Shown here: piece by piece, positions 51,871-63,461 of the stretch
Numbering within the stretch: position 1 is the first letter of the stretch
How the letters are laid out: each line of letters begins with the position of its first letter
Assembly (NCBI GenBank): GCA_963805855.1
Contig: CAWDVW010000005.1
Location: forward strand, 416,001-480,000
From: Candidatus Dadabacteria bacterium
GTDB lineage: Bacteria > Desulfobacterota_D > UBA1144 > Nemesobacterales > CSP1-2
Direction of reading: 5' to 3'
Length of the DNA stretch: 64,000 bases
Made by a program: the position numbers and the translations under genes
Notes under the pieces: model-generated
What the model was told of the DNA's origin: nothing
Seen by the model: only the letters and a program-made list of their open reading frames with translations
Database searches by the model: none

Positions 51871-51887
51871 TTGGCATGAAACTTGCT
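51871..51887 (+). promoter_or_regulatory. Sigma54 (-24/-12) promoter
   Basis: TTGGCATGAAACTTGCT matches TGGCAY-N5-TTGCW; GG and GC 12 bp apart; about 50 bp before the ATG. Confidence 0.75.
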
Positions 51888-51939
51888 AATTTGCGTTGAA
51901 TAGGATAAACCTGACAAAATCATAAACTAGGAGGAAACT

Positions 51940-53358
51940 ATGGCTAATAGCAGAGTTACCAATTCCAAGGGAAATGTCGTCCAGGAAAAGACGATAGACG
52001 AATTCAAATCCAATTTGCGGGGTGAATTGATAAGTAAAACCGATGAACAATACGACGAGGCTCGTAAGGTTTACAATGGGATGATTGACAAGAAACCGGG
52101 ACTGATCGCGCGTTGTGTGGACGCAGCAGACGTGATAAACGCAGTAAATTTCGCACGTGATAATGATATGCTCGTCTCTATCAGGGGTGGTGGCCACAAT
52201 GTCGGAGGGTTGGGTATATGCGATGATGGTCTTGCAATCGATCTTTCGCTCATGAAGTACACCAGAGTAGATACTGGTGAACGAACTGTGAGAGTCGGGG
52301 CAGGTTGCACATGGGGAGATGTTGATCACGCAACCCATCCTTTTGGACTAGCTATACCGGCCGGAATTATATCAACTACTGGCGTAGCCGGACTAACCCT
52401 TGGCGGAGGGGTTGGTCACCTCACAAGAAAATGTGGATTGACGATAGATAACCTATTGGCCGCCGACATGGTGTTGGCTGATGGTAGGTTCGTTACAGTC
52501 AGTGATAAGGAAAACCAGGATCTATACTGGGCAATTCGGGGTGGAGGTGGGAATTTCGGAGTAGTTACCTCTTTTCTTTTCAGGGCTCATCCCGTTAGCA
52601 CTGTCCATGCCGGACCGATGCTATGGGAACTGGATCAGACAACAGAGGTTATGCAGTGGTACCGTGAATTCATCATAGATGCGCCGGAAGATATTAACGG
52701 CTTCTTTTTATTTCTAGTTGTTCCTCCAGGACCTCCCTTTCCCGAACATCTCCATGGTAAGAATATGTGCGGAATTGTTTGGTGTTACGCCGGCCCAAAG
52801 GAAAAGGTTGAAGAAGCCTTCAAGCCCATTCGTAGAATTTCGAAGCCGGCGTTCGAGCATGTGGGACCCATCCCATTGCCCATGCTAAATAGTGCGTTTG
52901 ATGCGCTTTATCCTAAGGGGCTACAGCAATACTGGAAAGCTGATTTTATGAACGAGCTTAGCAACGAAGCCATAGCTCAACACGTGAAGTACGGGTCGAA
53001 ATTACCTACTCCGCTTACTACAATGCACATATATCCGATAAACGGTGCTGCGCATCGCGTCGAAAAGAACGATACACCATGGAACTACCGCGATGCCATT
53101 TGGGCTCAGGTCATTGTAGGAGTCGATCCAGATCCGGCAAACAACGAAAAGATTATATCCTGGACTAGGGAGTACTGGGATGCCTTGCATCCGCATTCTG
53201 CCGGCGGCGCTTACGTAAACTTCATGATGGACGAGGGTGAAGATAGGATAAGAGCTACGTATGGTGATAACTACGAACGTTTAGTCCAGATAAAAAACAA
53301 ATACGACCCGACCAACCTGTTCCGCGTTAATCAGAACATTAAACCAACAGCTAAATGA
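51940..53358 (+). CDS. FAD-linked oxidase (VAO/BBE family)
   Basis: RGGGHN covalent-FAD motif, GVAGLTLGGG, WAIRGGGGNFGVVT, YVNF, K.KYDP.NLFR.NQNI. Confidence 0.92.
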   Translation: MANSRVTNSKGNVVQEKTIDEFKSNLRGELISKTDEQYDEARKVYNGMIDKKPGLIARCVDAADVINAVNFARDNDMLVSIRGGGHNVGGLGICDDGLAIDLSLMKYTRVDTGERTVRVGAGCTWGDVDHATHPFGLAIPAGIISTTGVAGLTLGGGVGHLTRKCGLTIDNLLAADMVLADGRFVTVSDKENQDLYWAIRGGGGNFGVVTSFLFRAHPVSTVHAGPMLWELDQTTEVMQWYREFIIDAPEDINGFFLFLVVPPGPPFPEHLHGKNMCGIVWCYAGPKEKVEEAFKPIRRISKPAFEHVGPIPLPMLNSAFDALYPKGLQQYWKADFMNELSNEAIAQHVKYGSKLPTPLTTMHIYPINGAAHRVEKNDTPWNYRDAIWAQVIVGVDPDPANNEKIISWTREYWDALHPHSAGGAYVNFMMDEGEDRIRATYGDNYERLVQIKNKYDPTNLFRVNQNIKPTAK

Positions 53359-53466
53359 TCCTGGGGAAGCATAAGCTAGATACCGCTCAAAAATGCTTAA
53401 CCAGCGATTGTTGGGACACCACCTTGCTGGGAATATCTTAATCACGGCTGAGTCTACACAATCGAT

Positions 53467-53494
53467 AGGCGAGGTTTTCCAACCTCGCCTTCTT
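53467..53494 (+). terminator. Hairpin (terminator or REP-like)
   Basis: AGGCGAGGTT-TTCC-AACCTCGCCT followed by TCTT. Confidence 0.5.
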
Positions 53495-53654
53495 CACATT
53501 ATTTATAGGAATCTGTCAGTATTAATTAGTGACACTAATTGATCGCTAATACTTTCGCTGCACGTTATGGCGTTGACTTTTTAACTCTTAATAAATTATA
53601 ATTAGAGATAGTTTTAATTTAGACGTGGAACGATTAGGATTGGGGTACGATCGT

Positions 53655-55845
53655 ATGGCTCGAACCATATCTGCACGATTAGCAGAGCGGGCACAAACCT
53701 AGCTTCGTTGGGCGAAAAGAAGAACTTTCATTACTAAGAAGTGCAATATCATCAGATGAGCTTCCATTCGTTGTAGTTTACACTCACGGAGTTGGGGGCA
53801 TTGGAAAATCCAGGCTGCTCCAAGCCATATTTCAAAATCTACATCCAGACATTACGGCGATCAGATTGGACTGTCGAGAAATTGAACCAACCGAGCAGGG
53901 CTTTCTAAATGCACTTAGAAATGCTGTTTGTCCAGAAGAGTTGGAGTTAGAGAAAACTAAGATCATCTCAAAGTTGGCCCAACCAGGCAGACGCACGGTA
54001 CTCGCTCTTGACACTTATGAGACCTTTGGCTTAATGGACACGTGGTTGCGTCAAGAGTTTATTCCTGATCTCCCGGATACGGTTCTCGTCCTCATCAACA
54101 GCCGTGAAAGACCAAATTCAGCCTGGCTAACCACTCCAGGTTGGGAATCTCTATTTCATGAAATTCATCTTGAAGAACTTCCAGAAAGGGACGCTCATGA
54201 AATGTTGAGGCTTCGTGGACTCAATAAATCGCAGATAAAAAAGGTAAACCGTTTCGCGCGCGGTTATCCGCTGGCATTAGAGCTAGCTTGTGCCGCGATC
54301 AAGAACAATCCTGATCTCGAGATGATAGAAGGGCCGCCTCCCAAGGTTTTAAAACATCTAACGGATCGGTTTCTCAGTGGTCTCCCGTTAGAAATAAAAG
54401 AGGCCATAGAAGCTTCGTCAACCGTCTGTCGGTTCACCGAGCCTGTTTTAAGGTCTTTGCTAAATAAGACCAATGTCAAAGAGGTATTCAATAAATTGCA
54501 AGAACTTCCCTTTGTAAATGCTACGGATGAAGGATTATTTCTACATGATCTGGTTCGGGAGACTATTTCCAACAGCTTATCGAGCAGAGATCCGGAAAGT
54601 TACCGCGGGTATCGCAGGAGGGCATGGCGGTATTTTAATACAGAATCGTATCGAGCCCAGGCAATTAATCTCTGGCAATACACCGCGGACTTACTCTATC
54701 TGATACAGAACCCCAATATCAGAGAGGCTTTCTTTCCGCGAGGAGCCAGCGATTACACAGTAGAGCGGGCCACCACGGGTGACACCGAGGAGATTTGTAA
54801 TATTTGCTCAACTACAGAGCCCAAAGAGGCAACTCGGCTCATCCAGCGTTGGTGGGACCGGCATCCTGAGACCTTTAGCGTCGCAAGGACGCGGGATGTC
54901 AGGGTCGCAGCGTTTTACATCCTATTCGAACCCAATGACGTTGACCCTGACTTACTGGCAGATGATCCCCTGACTGCCGCGTGGTTGGAGCACCTACAGA
55001 TAAATCCCCTTGCTCCCGGGGAGCGTGTGCTCTTCCTCCGGAGGTGGCTTACCCGATTAATCGGCGAGGCTCACTCACCAGCTCTGGCTGCGTCTTGGCT
55101 CGACGTCAAGCGCACCTACATGGAGCTCCGACCTGGTTTGCGGCGGCTCTACGGAACAGTAATTGATCCTCTGCCTTTTCTTCCCATGCTAGGTCCCCTT
55201 GGCTTCGTTCCGCTCGAGGAAGCAAATATAATGCTCGGTGGGGTCACGTATCACACAGCCCTCCTCGACTTTGGCCCCTCCAGTGTTGATGGCTGGCTCA
55301 GTAGACTGATTGGTGCGGAACTGGGTGTGGATAAAGAAGAAATTGAAGAAATTCCAGAAGGCACTGTAACTATTTTGTTCGCCGACATTGCAGACTCAAC
55401 AAAGCTCACTGAAAAACTCAGCGATTCGGCCTTTAGAGATGAATCCCGGAAACTGGAGGAGGCGCTAAAGAAAGCAATTACTGCGTGCGACGGAAAGATG
55501 ATCGAAGGGAAACTACTTGGTGACGGTGTCTTGGCTGTGTTCAAATCGGCGAATAAGGCAATTGATTGTGCGTTCAGCTTTAATAATGCAGCTAATTCGA
55601 CCATCCTTAGACTTCACATCGGATTGCATGCCGGCGACGTTATTCGGGAGGGCAAGAATATATATGGAGGCGCAGTAAATATAGCTGCGCGTATTTCTGA
55701 TAAATCTGCTCCTGGGGAAATTGTTGTGTCTGAAACTGTGAGGAGTATTGCCAGAACGTCAATCAGAGTTAAATTTGAGGACAGGGGATTACACAGCTTA
55801 AAAGGCATTTCAGATCCGCATCGCCTCTTCTCAGTCCGTTTATAA
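53655..55845 (+). CDS. STAND ATPase with C-terminal class III cyclase; apparent +1 frameshift at ~53700
   Basis: ATG at 53655, then FVGR.EE, GVGGIGKS, LALDTYE, GYPLAL; C-terminal FADIADST, KLLGDG, GGAVNIAAR. Confidence 0.85.
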
Positions 55846-56013
55846 GATTTGATTATTGACTGAATAAATCTCTTTTAAATTGTACGTTGAAAATTCATCC
55901 TAACGATCTCGATCTAAAAATCGAACTAGTTTTATATCATTTCTTGTTATAATCAGTAAAATTAAGGGTTCACACCAATAAACATAATCAAAATAGATAG
56001 AGGAGGACAAACT

Positions 56014-56403
56014 ATGAAAGACTTTTCAGGGACCTTTATATTGCTTCTTATAACAATCTTGATGACCCTGTTTATGATTGATAGGGCTATGGCTCAAGAT
56101 GCGTTGGAAGTAGCGCCAGAGCACTACACCGTGCTGCTGGAAAATGACAAGGTAAGGGTGCTTGAAGTTAAAATCAAACCGGGCGAGAAGGAAGCGATGC
56201 ATACCCATCCGGCTACTGTGCACATAGAATTGGTTCCTACCAAGGTCAAAATCGGCTATCCCGATGGAAAAAGTGTAACGCTAGAAGGAAAGAAAGGGGA
56301 AGCAATATGGGTTGGTCCCGTGAAGCATACCGTGGAGAACATAGGCGACACGGAGATTCACGCCTATATAATTGAGCTAAAAGACATACCGTATAAAGAC
56401 TGA
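56014..56403 (+). CDS. Exported cupin-domain protein
   Basis: GAGGAG RBS; signal peptide; LLENDKVRVLE, HTHP, HTVENIG. Confidence 0.82.
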   Translation: MKDFSGTFILLLITILMTLFMIDRAMAQDALEVAPEHYTVLLENDKVRVLEVKIKPGEKEAMHTHPATVHIELVPTKVKIGYPDGKSVTLEGKKGEAIWVGPVKHTVENIGDTEIHAYIIELKDIPYKD

Positions 56404-56410
56404 GGTCCAA

Positions 56411-57884
56411 TTGAACCGCAGGGATTTTCTAAGGTCTATCCTAGGATCATCTGGTCTAATTCCAACATTATCGTGGAAGTCCGCCACTTCAGAGACGAAA
56501 GGTAAGGGAGTATTGGTAAATGATGCGCATACACAACTTAATCCGACCTATGTGGATCAGATCGTTTACCCGCAGTCTATCGACACAGTTCAAAGTATAA
56601 TCCAAAACGCCTCCCGTAACGGAAGCAAGATTTGTATAGCTGGTGCACGCCATGCCATGGGAGCGCAACAGTTCGCAACCGATGGAATTCTTATAGACAC
56701 GACGACACTTAGCAAGGTGTTGAAATTCAACCCGGAGAAGGCGACTATCGAGGTGGAAGCTGGAGTGAGGTGGCCCCAACTGATTGGCTACTACATCGAA
56801 GCACAGAAAGGAAAGAAGGCTCAATGGGGAATTGCCCAAAAACAGACTGCTGACTGGCTATCAATTGGCGGTAGCCTCGGATCCAATATCCATGGCCGTG
56901 GACTCACAGATGAAACCCTTTGTTCAGGATATTGAATCGTTTCAATTAATCGATTCAAATGGAGAGCCTACACAAATGCAGTCGTAAAGAGAATCCGGAG
57001 CTCTTCGGTCTCGCCATCGGCGGATACGGATTGCTTGGAATCGTTTATTCCGTCGAACTGCGTCTTGTGCCCAGGCAAAAGGTAGAGCGTGTGAGCAAGA
57101 TTCTAAGTGTAGATGACTTAATGCCAGCTTATGAAAAGCGCATTGCAGACGGTTTCCTGTATGGAGAATTTCTTTACAACTCTGACGCAAAATCAAAAGA
57201 CTTTCTCAGAAAGGGAATATTTGTCTGCTACCGGCCTGTAGAAACGAAGAAAACCAGTACCGGACTACCCGGAGCAACCTTCAGCCGAAAAGTGGATGAA
57301 TCTACGGTATCTGGCTCATGCAAAGAAAGAGGAGTTTTTCCGCAAAGTTTCTGATCACTATCTGTCGACCTCTGGTAATGTATATTGGTCAGACACACAC
57401 CAGATGGGGTTATACATTTATGACTATCACAAGCAACTTGATAGAATGCTCGGTTCTCCAGAGGCAACCGATATCCCGGCGGAGGTCTATGTACCGAGAG
57501 ACAGGCTAACCGATCTCATAAACGAGATGCGAGAAGATTTCTTAAAAAACAATGTGGATTTAATATTTGGAAATATAGGTGTGATAGAAGAGGATAATGA
57601 GAGCTTTTTGGCTTACGCAAAAGAGCCTTATGCGACAATCAGCTTTCATATACACACAGTCCATACACCTGACGGTCTAAAGCGCTCTGCCGAGGCGCAT
57701 CGCAGAGTCATTGATATGGCAATAGAGCGCGGAGGAAGTTACTACCTCACCAACCACAGGTTTGCAACGCCAAAGCAATTAAATGCCTGTTATCCGCAAT
57801 TCCCTGAATTTCTTCAGTTAAAAAAAAAATATGATAAAGAAGATATTCCAGAGCGATTGGTACAGCTACTATAAGAACATGTAA
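56411..57884 (+). pseudogene. Tat-exported FAD-binding oxidoreductase (lactone oxidase/DprE1-like) with four apparent +1 frameshifts
   Basis: NRRDFL Tat motif; GARHAMG.QQF, SIGGSLGSNIHGRG, ENPELF.LAIGGYGL.G, GGSYYL, FQSDWY across successive frames. Confidence 0.8.
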
Positions 57885-58147
57885 GGAGAACTATAATTGC
57901 GAGTCGCAAAGAGACGAATCCACCATCATTCTGGTTGAGCACTTATTCTGCTTAGCTTTCGAAATTTCAATTTGCCAGTCGCAGACCGTCGTAATTTTTC
58001 AAAGTTAATCCTTTCACTTTTTTTGGACTTGGGAAAAGCGTGCGCGTAAAAAATAAGTGTCAGTTTCCCCTCAGATGTTTTATGTAGTATCTTTTATAAT
58101 TAAGAAATATTTGAAGAGCAAAAAATAGCGAGGGTAGAGGTAAGCGG

Positions 58148-61100
58148 ATGATATGTCCTTCCTGTAACTTTCAAAATCGAGAAAAGCTAAAGTATCTGTA
58201 AAGAATGTGGAGCAAAATTAGAATTCGTCTGTCCCCAGTGTAACAATAAAGTTGAACTAAATGCCAAATTTTGTGATGAGTGCGGTCATAATTTTAAACG
58301 AGCTAAGAGAGACCAGAAATCTCCCCAAATTGAGTTAGGCAAACCCCATAGCTATATCCCTCAAAATCTCGCTGATAAAATTCGGGCCTCAAGAAGTGGT
58401 ATAGAAGGAGAAAGGAAGCTTGTTACCGTTCTGTTTGCCGATGTAAAGGGCTCAACGGCAATCGGTGAAAATCTCGACCCTGAGGAACTTCACTCAATAA
58501 TAGAAAAATCATATGAAATCTCGTTGAAAGAAATTCATCGATTTGAAGGAACTGTAAATCAGTTTCTCGGTGACGGATTCATGGCCCTTTTTGGTGCACC
58601 AATAGCACACGAAGACCATGCCATACGAGCAATCCACTCTGCCCTTGCTATACAAAACGCTATGACTTTTTATACCGATGAGTTAAAGAAAGACCGGGAT
58701 ATAGAATTTAAGATGAGACTTGGAATAAACACCGGAACTGTAGTAGTTGGAAATATAGGAGACGACCTCAAGATGGACTACACCGCATTGGGCGACACAG
58801 TAAACCTAGCATCTAGAATGGAACAGATTGCTCAGCCTGGAAGCATTACCATTGCTGAAGACAGCTATAAGCTCGTAAAAGATCACTTCAGTTTTAGGTC
58901 ATTAGGTCCACTAGAGATAAAAGGAAAGAAGAAACCAGTATCCGTTTATGAGGTTATAGAGCCCAGAGGAAGGGAGAAAACGAGAATTGAGATTTCAGAG
59001 GAGCGGGGATTTACAAGATTTATAGGCAGAGAGAGAGAAATAGAGGTACTAAGAGACTCTCTTGCAAGATCGAGAGATGGCCACGGACAGGCCGTAACCA
59101 TAGTTGGCGATGCAGGGATAGGTAAATCTCGACTTCTTTATGAATTTAGAAAACTCCTGGAAGACGAGAATATACTTTATTTAGAGGGTAGATGCATTTA
59201 TTATGGTAAATCAATGTCTTATTTGCCAGTTATAGACATTATAAAAAAGAGGTTTCGAGTAGATAAATTAGACACTGAAAAAACGATCAGAAAAAAGATA
59301 GAAAAGGGGATAAGAGATATAGACCCAAGCTTAAAAGAGGGTGTTCCTTTCCTCTATGACATACTTTCGATTGATTCGGATGACCCTACACTTAAGAGCC
59401 TGGACGTAAGAGACAAGAGGAGGAGAACGATTGACACCATCAAAAATATAATCTTAGCGGATAGTACACCTAGACCTCTTGTGGTAGTTGTTGAGAATCT
59501 TCACTGGATAGACGGTGCCTCTGAGGAATTTATTAGCTTTCTTATCGATAACTTGCCAGGTAATCGGATAATGCTGATTCTAACTAGTCGTCCCGGATAC
59601 AGGCCCAAATGGAGTGAGAAATCCTATCACAATCAAATCGCTCCAAGCCGTTTGTCAAATTCCGAAGTGGGGGAGATGATTGGGTCAATCTTAGATGCCA
59701 AAAATGTAGCTGGAGCGCTAACCAAATTGGTTACTCAAAAAGCCGATGGAATACCTTTTTATGTCGAGGAAATCATTAAATCCTTCACTGAATCTGGAAT
59801 TATAGTGGAAAGCAAAGATGGCTATGATGTCAGCAAAGGAATAGCTGAGATGAACGTGCCTGACACAATTCAGGACATTATCATGGCCCGGATTGATAGG
59901 TTAGAGGAGAGTCACAAAAGTACACTTCAATTTGCCTCTGTAATCGGTAGGGATTTTAACTACAAGCTACTGAAAGAGCTAATGGAAGTAGGAGAAGAGC
60001 TTCAAGACTATCTTACCAAGCTAAAAAGCTTAGAGCTGGTTTATGAAAGGAGTCTCTTTCCAGATCCAGAATATCGATTCAAACATACTCTAACACAGGA
60101 AGTAGCTTACAACAGCGTCCTAATTAGGAGAAGAAAAGAACTACATGGGAAGATAGGTGAGATCATGGAGGATCTATATGGGGATAAGCTGGAAGAAAAT
60201 TATGAGCTATTGGCGTATCACTATGGAAGAAGCCCCAGAGACGAGAAAGCAGTTGATTATTTGGTCCTGGCAGGGGATAAGTCTGCAAAGATATATTCTC
60301 CCGAGGATGCTATAGCCTATTATGAAGAAGCCCTTAAGAAACTGGATAATTTGCCGGATACCAGATCCAATAAGGAAAAGAGGGTAGATATTTTCATAAA
60401 GCAGGCGAGAGTTATGCGTCTTATGGGTCGCTTTAAAGAGTACATAAAAACACTGGAAAAGCACTTACCAATAGTAGAAGAGCTCGGAGACAAAAATAGG
60501 CTAGCGGAATACTACTTTAAAATGGGATTCTATTACTCAGTTATGGGAGAACTTTCAGATTCAATCAAGTACCTGGCTAACTCTATCAAACTCGCTCAGG
60601 TAACAAAAAATGAAAGGATCATTGGATTGGCATCAGCTAGGCAAGGGTATAACTACTGGTACAAGGGCGAATTCAAGAAGGGGATTCCCATCATTAAAAA
60701 AGGTATAAAAATTCTAGAAAAGCTAGGTGATGATTATTGGCTTGCTAGGTCGTTCCAACCGTTAGGAGCATGCTATTGGCAACTTGGTGACTGGGATAAC
60801 AGCATCAACTGCATGCAAAAGCTTCTGAAAAAAAGCGAAGAATTATCAGACAACAACCTAATGGTTTTAGCAAACTGGTCTGCTGCTCTTCCCCATTTAG
60901 AAAAAGGAGAATGGGACATAGCGATTAAGTACTGTGAAAAAAGCCTTGAAATGTCTCCTCCACCCGTGTTCGCTGCGTTTGCAACAGGATTTCTCGGCAC
61001 TGCATATTACAGGAGTGGTCAATTAAAGAAAGGAATAGATTGTATGGAGAAAGCCATCCAACAGAGCAAATCGTTTGGACTGAAGCAACAAGAAGCTATA

Positions 61101-61499
61101 TGCACCGTTTCTTTAGCAGAGGCTTATTTATCCATAGGTGAAAGGGAACGAGCCCAAGAGACAATCAAAAGTGCTTTGGATATTAGTACAAAAGCCGGCT
61201 TTAAGCACATCGAGGCCATGGCTTTAAGGGTCTCGGGTGAAATATATGGTTCATCAAATTTTCATAAGGCTAAAAAGCATATCGAAGATAGCATTACGAT
61301 CTTTAGGAAAATAGGAGCGAAAAACGAGCTTGCTAAGAGCTATTTTAGTTTGGGGAGGCTATACAAGGAAAAAGGTGAAAAAACTAAGGCAAAGAAATAC
61401 GTCACTCAGGCTCTCACCATCTTCGAAAAGCTGGGCACACTCCACGAACCCGAGAAGGCAAGGGAAATACTCAGGGATGTAAAGGGGTCGCCGTCCTAA
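58148..61499 (+). CDS. Double zinc ribbon-class III cyclase-STAND ATPase-TPR protein; apparent +1 frameshift near 58190
   Basis: MICPSC then, in the open frame from 58197, CKECG..CPQC..FCDECG, GERKLVTVLFADVKGST, NQFLGDG, YTALGDTVNLASR; GDAGIGKS; ENLHW; TPRs. Confidence 0.88.
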
Positions 61500-61556
61500 C
61501 AAACTGACCGCACGCATACGAGTTAGCAGTTTAACATGAAGTAACAATTGATACTG

Positions 61557-62431
61557 CTAAATTAGTAAACGTTTCTTCATTGCGTCAGTAAGATGTAGCT
61601 CAGGATTACTTTGCTTAAGGATAGCTTCCATCCTTAAACGAACTATTTCGAGTGGCTGAGAATTCGGAAAAATATAGAATTTTTCTTCACGTATTGCATT
61701 TATCGTGTGATCGGCAACCTCTTCTCGGCGTCATTCCATGTGAAATGAACTCTCTATAGGCATCGAGCCACACTTCCTCTATCTCAGTTCGTGGCTTGTC
61801 ATTTCGCCTGAAGATGAGTCGGCCGATTTCGCTCTGATTCCATGAACTTTGTCTTTACCATCCCTGGGCATAGTACCGACACTTTCAACTTGGCATTTTG
61901 CAATAAAAGCTCATGGTAAAGCGACTCAGATAAGGTTATGATGGCACCTTTGGTCACGTGGTAAAGAGAAACCAGAGGCATAGAAAACAACCCCGCCACC
62001 GAAGCTGTATTTATTATGTGGGCTTCTTCATCTTGTTCCAGCATTATTGGCACAAATGTTCTGATTCCATGAATCACTCCCCAGAGGTTTACACCTAACA
62101 CCCACTCCCAGTCTTTAAGGCTTTGCCTCCATAATGGTGCGAAATCTCCGAAAACACCGGCGTTGTTGCAAAGAATATGAACCACACCAAAGGTGTCAAT
62201 CGATTTTCTGGCGAGCCTTTCGACGTCCTCTGCGTTGGAGACATCAGTTAAGACTCCAATAACCTCTGTGCCCATATCCCTTAATTCACTCTCTGCCTTA
62301 GAGAGTGACAATTCCTCGACATCTGCGAGTACAATCTTCATTTGTTCTCGAGCCAATCTCTCGGCAATAGCACGCCCAATGCCACTCCCAGCTCCAGTTA
62401 TAACAGCCACCTTTTCTTTAAACTCTTTCAT
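61557..62431 (-). CDS. Short-chain dehydrogenase/reductase; two apparent +1 frameshifts near 61803 and 61725
   Basis: TGAGSGIG, CNNAGV, INTAS, YHVTK, LCPG; C-terminal GMTP/EVAD...AIREEKFYI continues in shifted frames. Confidence 0.85.
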
Positions 62432-62714
62432 AGTATTGCCCCGCTTTTTTTTAAGATTTCATAGATGACAAGAACAAATCGTATAGGGAAATAAATGTGA
62501 TCCTTACAAATAACCCTCTTATTTCCCTCGCATAAAAAACATGCCAAGGTCGTCTCAAGCCTGCCAAAATTAGGTCTACCTATTAGAGTTAGAGTTTTTG
62601 CCATACTCTCGTTATTTCTCAAATAGTCCTACAACTCTGATGTCAGTTAAACTATGACACTATTATTAGGTGGGCAAATCAGTTTCAATTTATGTCTTTG
62701 ATTGATAACTGAGT

Positions 62715-63239
62715 TTATTTTTCCGCAGAAGGTGGCGTAATTGTAAATCCAAGCTGTCTAAACACAGAAGCCATGTTTACATAAAACCACTCCTCTGCTA
62801 TTTTCCCATGATCTATACGAGTAATTATTACACCTGAAACTTTGACATTTTTACCAGTAGGTGGTGCATCTCCCCTGGGTCCTGTATTTGTACCAATGAA
62901 ACGCATGAGCATTATAACCATATCATCACTTACGATTAATTCATCGGCTTCAATTTTCATGTCAGGATAGGCTGTTCTCAAGAAATTAACATATTCCTTG
63001 AACGCTTCCGTGCCCGCTCGCTCCGGACCGACTTGATCTACAAGATGTAGTTTGAATTCAGGTGCATAGAGTACCTCAACCAGTGCCATGTTACCTTTGT
63101 TCCATACCTCCAAACTTTGTTCTACGAGAGCCTTAGGATCCGCACCTGATTCCGCTTTGGCAGCCTGAACACCGGAAGTCACGAAAAGTGCTAGAACTAA
63201 CAATAGAGGTAATTTCAAAGGAAGTAAATGATTTTTCAT
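62715..63239 (-). CDS. Exported SnoaL-like ester cyclase family protein
   Basis: Signal peptide; WNKGN, RTAYPD, GTNTGP...PPTGK, GKIAEEW. Confidence 0.85.
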   Translation of the reverse strand: MKNHLLPLKLPLLLVLALFVTSGVQAAKAESGADPKALVEQSLEVWNKGNMALVEVLYAPEFKLHLVDQVGPERAGTEAFKEYVNFLRTAYPDMKIEADELIVSDDMVIMLMRFIGTNTGPRGDAPPTGKNVKVSGVIITRIDHGKIAEEWFYVNMASVFRQLGFTITPPSAEK

Positions 63240-63461
63240 TTTACTTCTCCCATTATATTATTTTGATTCTTGAAACTCATTATATCACGCATCTTGTTTT
63301 AAAACTATTTTCTAGGTGATAAGATACTTTTATACCAAAAGTACACAAGAAATCTTCCTCAATGTGATGAGGAATAAATAGGGGCAGGCCACACTAATTT
63401 CAATGGGTTGAGGGAATTCATTGAAATAAATAGTTATAATCTATATTGAAAAGGAGAATAT

